From: the human T2T-CHM13v2.0 reference genome, Homo sapiens
Assembly (NCBI RefSeq): GCF_009914755.1
Contig: NC_060935.1
Direction: 5' to 3' (one strand)
Length of the DNA stretch: 64,000 nt
The notes under the pieces are model-generated. The model was given only the letters and a program-made list of their open reading frames with translations. It was not told the DNA's origin and ran no database searches. Positions 57,549 to 64,000 of this stretch are shown piece after piece (the stretch's first letter is position 1; each line of letters begins with the position of its first letter). Position numbers and translations under genes: made by a program.

Positions 57549-59588
57549 TATCTCCTTTGCTAATCTTCTAGGAGCATCTATCAGAGATGAGCTCTTACAA
57601 AAGATATTACCTGTATTGCAATGCATTTGTTCAGTTCTTTTCTGTTTACTACATTCTCTCACATGCATTATCTGTGTTACCCAAGCCATCCTTGGCTGTT
57701 TTCATTTCCATGAATGTCCATGCTTTTGGTAGCCACAGAGCCTATGGGTTCTTTTCCCTGTTGGCTAATGCACCCTTCCAAGCATCTGTACTTCTTTTGC
57801 ATAGCAATCATTACACTTGTTGTTTATCTGTTCTTCCTGTAGGCTTTAAGTTCCAAGAAGGTTGGAACTAAGTCTGCTTTGTTATCTGCTGTGCTGTGAA
57901 GCCTGATACAGTTTCTGGCACAAAATAGGCACTGCCTAAAGATTTGTTGAATAAACGTCTGAGTATTGATGCTCTTTTCTTCAACCTTATTGATATTTTA
58001 CAGATAAGTTCAGAAAAATTAAGTGGTTTTCCCAAAGGTTTACAGATTGGATACTCAAAATACAGTTTTCTGACTGCAGATTATTAGCTTTCCCCCCTCT
58101 GTATCCTCTCTGTATCACAGCTGTTTCTACCGGTAACATGTGCCTATGTTCCTTGGGACATTAATAATCTTGGTGTTGATGCTCTGAATATGCTTGTCTC
58201 CTTTGTAACTTGGGATGGAGATGGATTTGAAAGAAGAGAAATATTTCTAGATGATAAAAAAAGAAAATATTGTCATTTGGCCTGTGCACACTGTGAAATT
58301 CATTTTTCAGGAAATGCTATGAGGCAGGATGGGATGGCTTCCTGAGGGTTTTTGACACAAACCTACTTGTAGTCGAAGCTGATGCAAAGTTTGTTCCATG
58401 AGATTACAGGTATGAGTGGTGTAGGCATTGCTATTCTAGAGGATTGGATCTGAGGTCTGCATAGATGTCTTCTACATAATTCAGCAATTGACAATTAGAC
58501 CCTTGGAATGTAAGGTTACATACGTAGGTGTATGGATTCAGGGACAAGGAGGAGAGTGGGGGAGGAAGATGGAGAAGGTGCCACCACTCATGGGCAAAGG
58601 AGTATGACAATCTGCCTAGGCCATGTGGCTGACAACCCTCCTGACGCTTGTTTTGACTTTTCTCTAACTGCACAACCGGTGTATGCAGATGACTTTACAT
58701 CTCATAGCAAAATGTGCGACAGCAATGTGCTAAGCAAATGCAAACAAAAATATGCTTCCCCCACTCCAAACAAATCTCTCACACATCGCAACTATGCCAT
58801 GGCATGGCGAGAGACAGGAGACAGAGACCACCAGGAACCAGATTTGCTCATTGTTTAAACCACTCTCCATGATCTATATATATATATGCATTGGGAGATT
58901 ACCTTCAGTTGCATTGGATTGCTTGCTATGATTTAGACATACATGCACTATGATTTCACTCATCCATGCATGCTGAAAGCATTATCCATTCAATTCATTC
59001 AACATTTACTGCATACCTACTATGATCCAGGAATACATAAGCACTAAAGAAGGTACCATGAGCTAAGCCATTTGAGAAGGCCATCTTCTAGTTCATTGTT
59101 TCTCTGCTTTTGTTCATGCTTCTCCTTCCTCTCTGCATGTACTTCACCCTACTTTCTGCCTGTGGATATCCTTCCCAAAGCTTAAAAGCCAGCCCAAGAG
59201 CATTTCTTTTCTCATCTTTACCACTCCTCCCCACAGTAAGAATTAATTGTTCTTTTGTCCCGTGCTCCAACAGCACAACGCCTCTACTCCAAAGTTGCAC
59301 AGTTGGTATTTGATAGAAGGGCCTGCTGCCACCTTATTTCTCCTTATTTTTCCCACCTTCCCAAAGCTTACAGGACAAGTTCTTCTTGAGTTCTGTGAAA
59401 GTTCTAACAGAGGTAGGAAGTATATTAGTGGCCTAAACCTCACAAAAGGAGGCCTTATAATTAAATTTATAATTTTTGCATTGAGAGTCTTCTGGCTCAA
59501 ATATAGCTGAAGGGCTCCAATTTGCCTTCCTTAAAACTCCTTATGAAACTAGAATAATGATAAGAAATTGTGCTGTGTTCTTCTCCAG

Positions 59589-59862
59589 GATAGCATAGCA
59601 TGGTGGCAAAACAAGGTGTAATTTGAAGTCTAGATTTGCCTGGGTTCAAATCCTGACCCTGCCATGTACTGAATATGTTCGTTTGGAGAAGTGACTTAAC
59701 ATATTTGTGTCTAGGTTTTCCTGTCTTTAAAATGAGAAGAATAATAGAACATATTTTATAGGATTGGTATAAGGATAATGTATTCATACATGCATTTACT
59801 TGGAATACTGTATGGCACTTAATACATGTTCAAGTGATGCTAGTTATTAATATTAGTTATTA
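59589..59862 (+). mobile_element. Near full-length MIR SINE
   Basis: GCATAGCATGGTGG...GCCTGGGTTCAAATCCTGACCCTGCCA...AAGTGACTTAAC...TAAAATGAGAAGAATAATAG. Confidence 0.8.
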
Positions 59863-60822
59863 TTCTCCAAATGAATTAATTCATAGCTAGAGTTGACTAT
59901 GGTGGCATACTGTTGATGATTCTTTCTAATTAGATTTGTATTCAGAATGTTTTGAGACTCAGTTTTAAAAAGGCCACTGCTGGGAATAGATTTTTCAAGC
60001 TCTCATACTATTTATGACGAGTAAGTCATTTAGAGTTAAACTTTGGAACATGAATTTCAATATTTTTACCACTATTAGGTGGTGTCTTTCCTGGAAGAAT
60101 TTATACAACCTCCCTAATCTTCTAGTTCCTCAACTTAAAAAGGAGAGGTAATCCTCCACCCCCAACCTCAGGGTTCTGTGATGATTCAATGAGTGTTGTG
60201 AGAATGAATGAAGTAAATAACATATGGAAGTGTCTTGCATCATGCATGATAGTCTTAATAAATGTTTGCTTTATTCTTTAATTTAAAAAAGATAAAGAAG
60301 CTCTTCTTGGCCACTGAATCTGGAATCTGGTATACCTGAGATGGCCCTGGGAGCCTTGATAGTGCCAAACAATAGTAACTTACACAGTGGCTTCCAGCGT
60401 TCCAGGTAGGATCTATTGCCCCCACCCCTCTGCCACCATCCACATCTAGATCTAGCTATCAAATCTTTCAGTCCTTACAATAGCCTTATGGGTTAGTACT
60501 ATTATGAGTCTTTTCTAAGGTGAGGAAGCAGATGAGGACTGCTTCTAAGGCGGGGCTGCAGTTTGGGGCCTGTTCCTCAGTCTTTCCACACACCTATTCT
60601 AGCAGCAGTTCCATTTTCCCTGAGGACTGGCTTTTGCCCCCAAAGCCCAGCAGGAACAGGGCTCAGCTGCTTGTCTCACCCCCCAACAGCATTCTTTTCT
60701 CTGGGGTAGTTCCTGTGTGCTGAACATTTGTGTTGAACAGACTAAGCTCCTGACTCCATTCTTTGTCCTGTCTTCCCTTCAAATGTCCACTGGGTTATGC
60801 CTCTGGGTGCTAAGAATTGCTT

Positions 60823-61442
60823 TGTAGGAGGAGAACCATGTGATGCCTTTCCTCACCCATCATAAGGGTCACGACTGACATTTTTATAACAAAAGACAGG
60901 TTAACCAGAGAAAAGCATAACAATTTTATTTAATTGAAGTTGTACATGACACAGGAGCCTTTAGGATGAAGACCCAAGACCTGGGAAAACTATTTTTATG
61001 CTTAGGTTCAGTGAAGAACAAACGGCCATGTAGAAATGTGACCAAAAAACTGTGTTCTAATGGTAAGAGACCGAGTGGAGAAGGCCAGCCGCCAGGACTG
61101 TGTGTTCAGATTCTTCCTGTTTTTTCTGTGTAGCATTCTTTCCTCCTGGGTGTCGGGCGGGACCCCTCTGGAATGAGGGTCTTCAAAGGAGAAGGGAGAG
61201 AGTGATCTTTGTAGGTTTTATGGCTTGCTTTGGGGAGGAGAAGTTCTAGTTTCTACGACCTGTGTTGGGGAAGAGGAATTCTGGTTTGTAGGACTCGCTT
61301 TGGTGGAGAAAGAGGGGCAAGAGACAGGAGGGCAGGAGAAGATCGGAAAGTTTGCTTCTGAGATCTTCCAGTCTCCTTTAGTTTGAAGTATTCGGTGTAT
61401 CAAAGCACCAGACTTTCGAGTATTGTCTTCTGAGCTCCAACA
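60823..61442 (-). mobile_element. ERV1 solo LTR (MER39/MER34-like)
   Basis: Minus strand starts TGTTGGAGCTCAGAAGACAATAC; TG...CA termini; 4-bp TSD GCTT/GCCT. Confidence 0.78.
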
Positions 61443-63699
61443 GCCTGAACCATGCCCTTTGACTGTACTGCCTGGTGCAGTTTGGCTACCTTCTGTAGAG
61501 TCTGCCTCCTTGTCTTGATTGGTTCCCCGGCTTGTTTCCTGATCCCAAACATATGCTTTTTTTCCCAGACTGGATCTTTCCAGCCTTTGAGACTCATGTT
61601 GCTTGTTTAGGTCTCAGCATGTTGCAGACCATGTGGGCTGACTGATTAAACATCTGCATTATCTCTTCCAGGTGCCAGGAGAATTAAGTGACCAAAATCA
61701 TCTGAAAGTCCTTAAGTCCATGAAACTACACTCAGGAGAAGATTATCATGTAAAGGAGAGGTGCATTGTGTTTGGGGAACAAATGCCCATGGAAATAGTG
61801 AGTGCAGAAAGTTACAGAGCTTTGCATCTAGGCCCTCTAGTAGAGTTTGCAAATGAGATCGCCCTACAGATGGAGAATTTGGGAGCATCATGCTGCGACG
61901 CCACCTCTTGGCTAATGCATGTGGATTGTCAGGCGACAGAGGGAACTCTGATCAACCAACACTGACTTTTGGTACAGAATCCCAGTGGAAATCACCCAAG
62001 GGAAAGCAGACGACTAGTGTGCCTTATGGGGAAGCATTTTCTATATTTAGTGACCAAACTTTCATTGCCTTTGGAGAATGAAATCCATGCTTCTTTTTTA
62101 GAGTGGTTGTTTTGAGTGGTAGTCAACATGGGGGAGAGATGGTGTTACTTTCTAAATGGAGTAAAAGATGAGCAAGATAAGCAACTTCCACCACATAGCA
62201 GCAGGTATGAAGACAACTGGTGCCTGTCTCCAGCATTCAACTAAACAGTCTCTTGCCAAGAACCTCACCTTTGGCCTGTGTAGAGCCGTTTTCACTGGGT
62301 CAGAGCAGAGGTCAGTACATCGACCCAATCACCCCATAGCATCTTGGCCAACCAAGGGGTGCTAATTAGATCCAATTGTGATGAAGGTAGAGGGAAGTTT
62401 CCCTCACTGCACTGACCACCCCCCCGCCCCCGCCCGAGTGATTTCCTTGTCTTAGAGGCCACGGGGGTGGGGTAGGGGGCTATTCTTCACCTCATCTGTC
62501 CATGGCTAGCTGGGTATGTAGCAGCTGATTCCGTTCTTAGCCTCAAATTCTCAAGGCCTCCAGATCTAAGGGATTGACACTGACTTCATGCCTCCTCCAA
62601 ATATAGGAAAGTTCCCAATTTGTAATTCAGAATGTAGATGTTTGGGGATGGAAGAAGAAAACCAAAATATAAGTACCAGCTATTGGTCCAATGTCCGCTA
62701 TGCTTTGGAAGTCATACTGATATTGGTAAGGTGTGGCAAATGTCAGCACCACTGCCCACCACCCACCTGCCCTTTCTCTTATGGATACAATGCATTAATT
62801 CATAAGAGGCATTTCAGACAAACGCCGGAAAGTAATTTATCAGGGTTCTTCCAGGGCTTCCAGCTATAATTGTTTTAAATCCAACAAATTTGCTATATGC
62901 AAAGGCCCCCAAACTACCCTAAGACATATTCCTAAATTTCCAGAGCTTAAAAATCAATGTGCTTAAAAAAATAAAAACAGAAAATGCCAGCTGCCTTTGC
63001 AAACAAGGACACTGGGAAACAAATATAATTGTGTTTTTTCCTTCTACATCCGTCCGGGAACTTCGACTGCTACTATGCTACATCAGGTATGCAATGAAAG
63101 ACAAACAACGAGGACTCCAAACAGAAGAGGGGAGCTTCAGTAACTGTAGTTTTTATGTTAGGGAGAGACTGAGAGAGAAAGGAGCATTGTATCTCGGATT
63201 AACAGAACTGCAGGATTTCATTAATGACAGCCCAGCTTTTTAGCAAAAGGAAGATAGTTAGGGCAGTAAAAGAGAACATGACTAGAATGTGCTCTGCTAA
63301 TTGGAAATGTATATTATCTTCAGACGATGTGAGTGTGGAGGAGAGGGGGATGGGGAGGATGAGAAGAGACACATACTGAGAGGCCTGCAGGAGAAAACTG
63401 GACCCAGGACGCCCCAGATTTGGCCACACCAGCAGGGCAGTTAAAGGGTCCTTTCTTGCTGGTAGGAACGTCTAGTGCCAGGACCCCACCCTCCCCCACT
63501 CCCTTTTAATTCAATGGCTACGTAGGGGCTTCTTTGATGGAGGCTTTGAAGTCGGTGGCTTTGAGATTACTCTTCCTCTGTGACCTTGACCACCAGCCAT
63601 GAGGTTAGGGGGGAAGGGGAGGGGAGGAGGAAGGCGCTGGAGTTGGAAAAAGGAAAGGAAAGAGAGGGGAGGGGAAGGAAGGCCGCCCTAAGACATTTC

Positions 63700-64000
63700 T
63701 GCAGCATTCCACGACTTTTCTGATCACTCTGCAAAGTTGAAATATGATTGCAGCCTTTGCACCGGGAAGGAAAGAAACCATTTAAATGAAAAATTAGCTG
63801 CCTTAGCAGGTCAAGCACATAGTTACATTAATGTCGTGTAGAACAATAAATCAACTTCGATCTCCAATTGAAAAAATGCTAATTTAGCTCAGCGATTCAC
63901 TGATTGTACTTTCCTCTGATAGAAATCTTTTCTTTTATTTAATGCGAAGCCGTGATTTGACAGCCTCCTCTAATGGTGCTTGCAGACTCTCAGCATTTCA
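63700..64000. promoter_or_regulatory. Candidate conserved developmental enhancer (runs off window edge)
   Basis: Non-repetitive, CpG-retaining AT-rich sequence with AACAAT (SOX), ATAAATCA (PBX-HOX-like), TAATTTAG, TGATTTGACAG and TAATGG. Motif evidence only. Confidence 0.35.

Noticed and set aside
62416-62480. GC-box and G-run cluster as a promoter or G-quadruplex
   Set aside because: No CpG island or core-promoter evidence, and each strand has only three good G-tracts in close range.

Overview
Primate, almost certainly human, non-coding genomic DNA: a long intron or gene-poor regulatory region. I see no credible host protein-coding exon, tRNA/rRNA, CpG island or prokaryotic-type system. The longest ORFs in the track are Alu, L1 or minisatellite read-throughs; the rest resemble no protein I recognise. 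Much of the window is interspersed repeat: about 18 Alu/FLAM copies (J, S and Y lineages, many with readable target-site duplications, TSDs), L1 pieces of three ages, L2/MIR/L3 relics, MaLR and ERV solo LTRs, and hAT/Tigger DNA-transposon fossils. There is also a 7 x 36-bp minisatellite and several STRs. One strong plus-strand non-coding exon (3584-3729) and several weaker candidates suggest a spliced lncRNA or long 5'UTR. Several repeat-free stretches carry homeodomain/TALE/TCF/NFI motifs typical of developmental enhancers. The most notable signals are mechanistic scars. These are a tail-less, doubly truncated young L1 ORF2 patch inside an L2 with a 7-bp duplication and microhomology at both ends, a twin-primed 5'-inverted L1, a TSD-less AluS/AluY chimera (probable recombination deletion), a template-switch inverted duplication in an MLT1, and an AluYd-type young insertion. 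I found no evidence for a new biological system. Repeat subfamily names come from recalled consensus sequences and need RepeatMasker/Dfam confirmation, and boundaries of old repeats are approximate.
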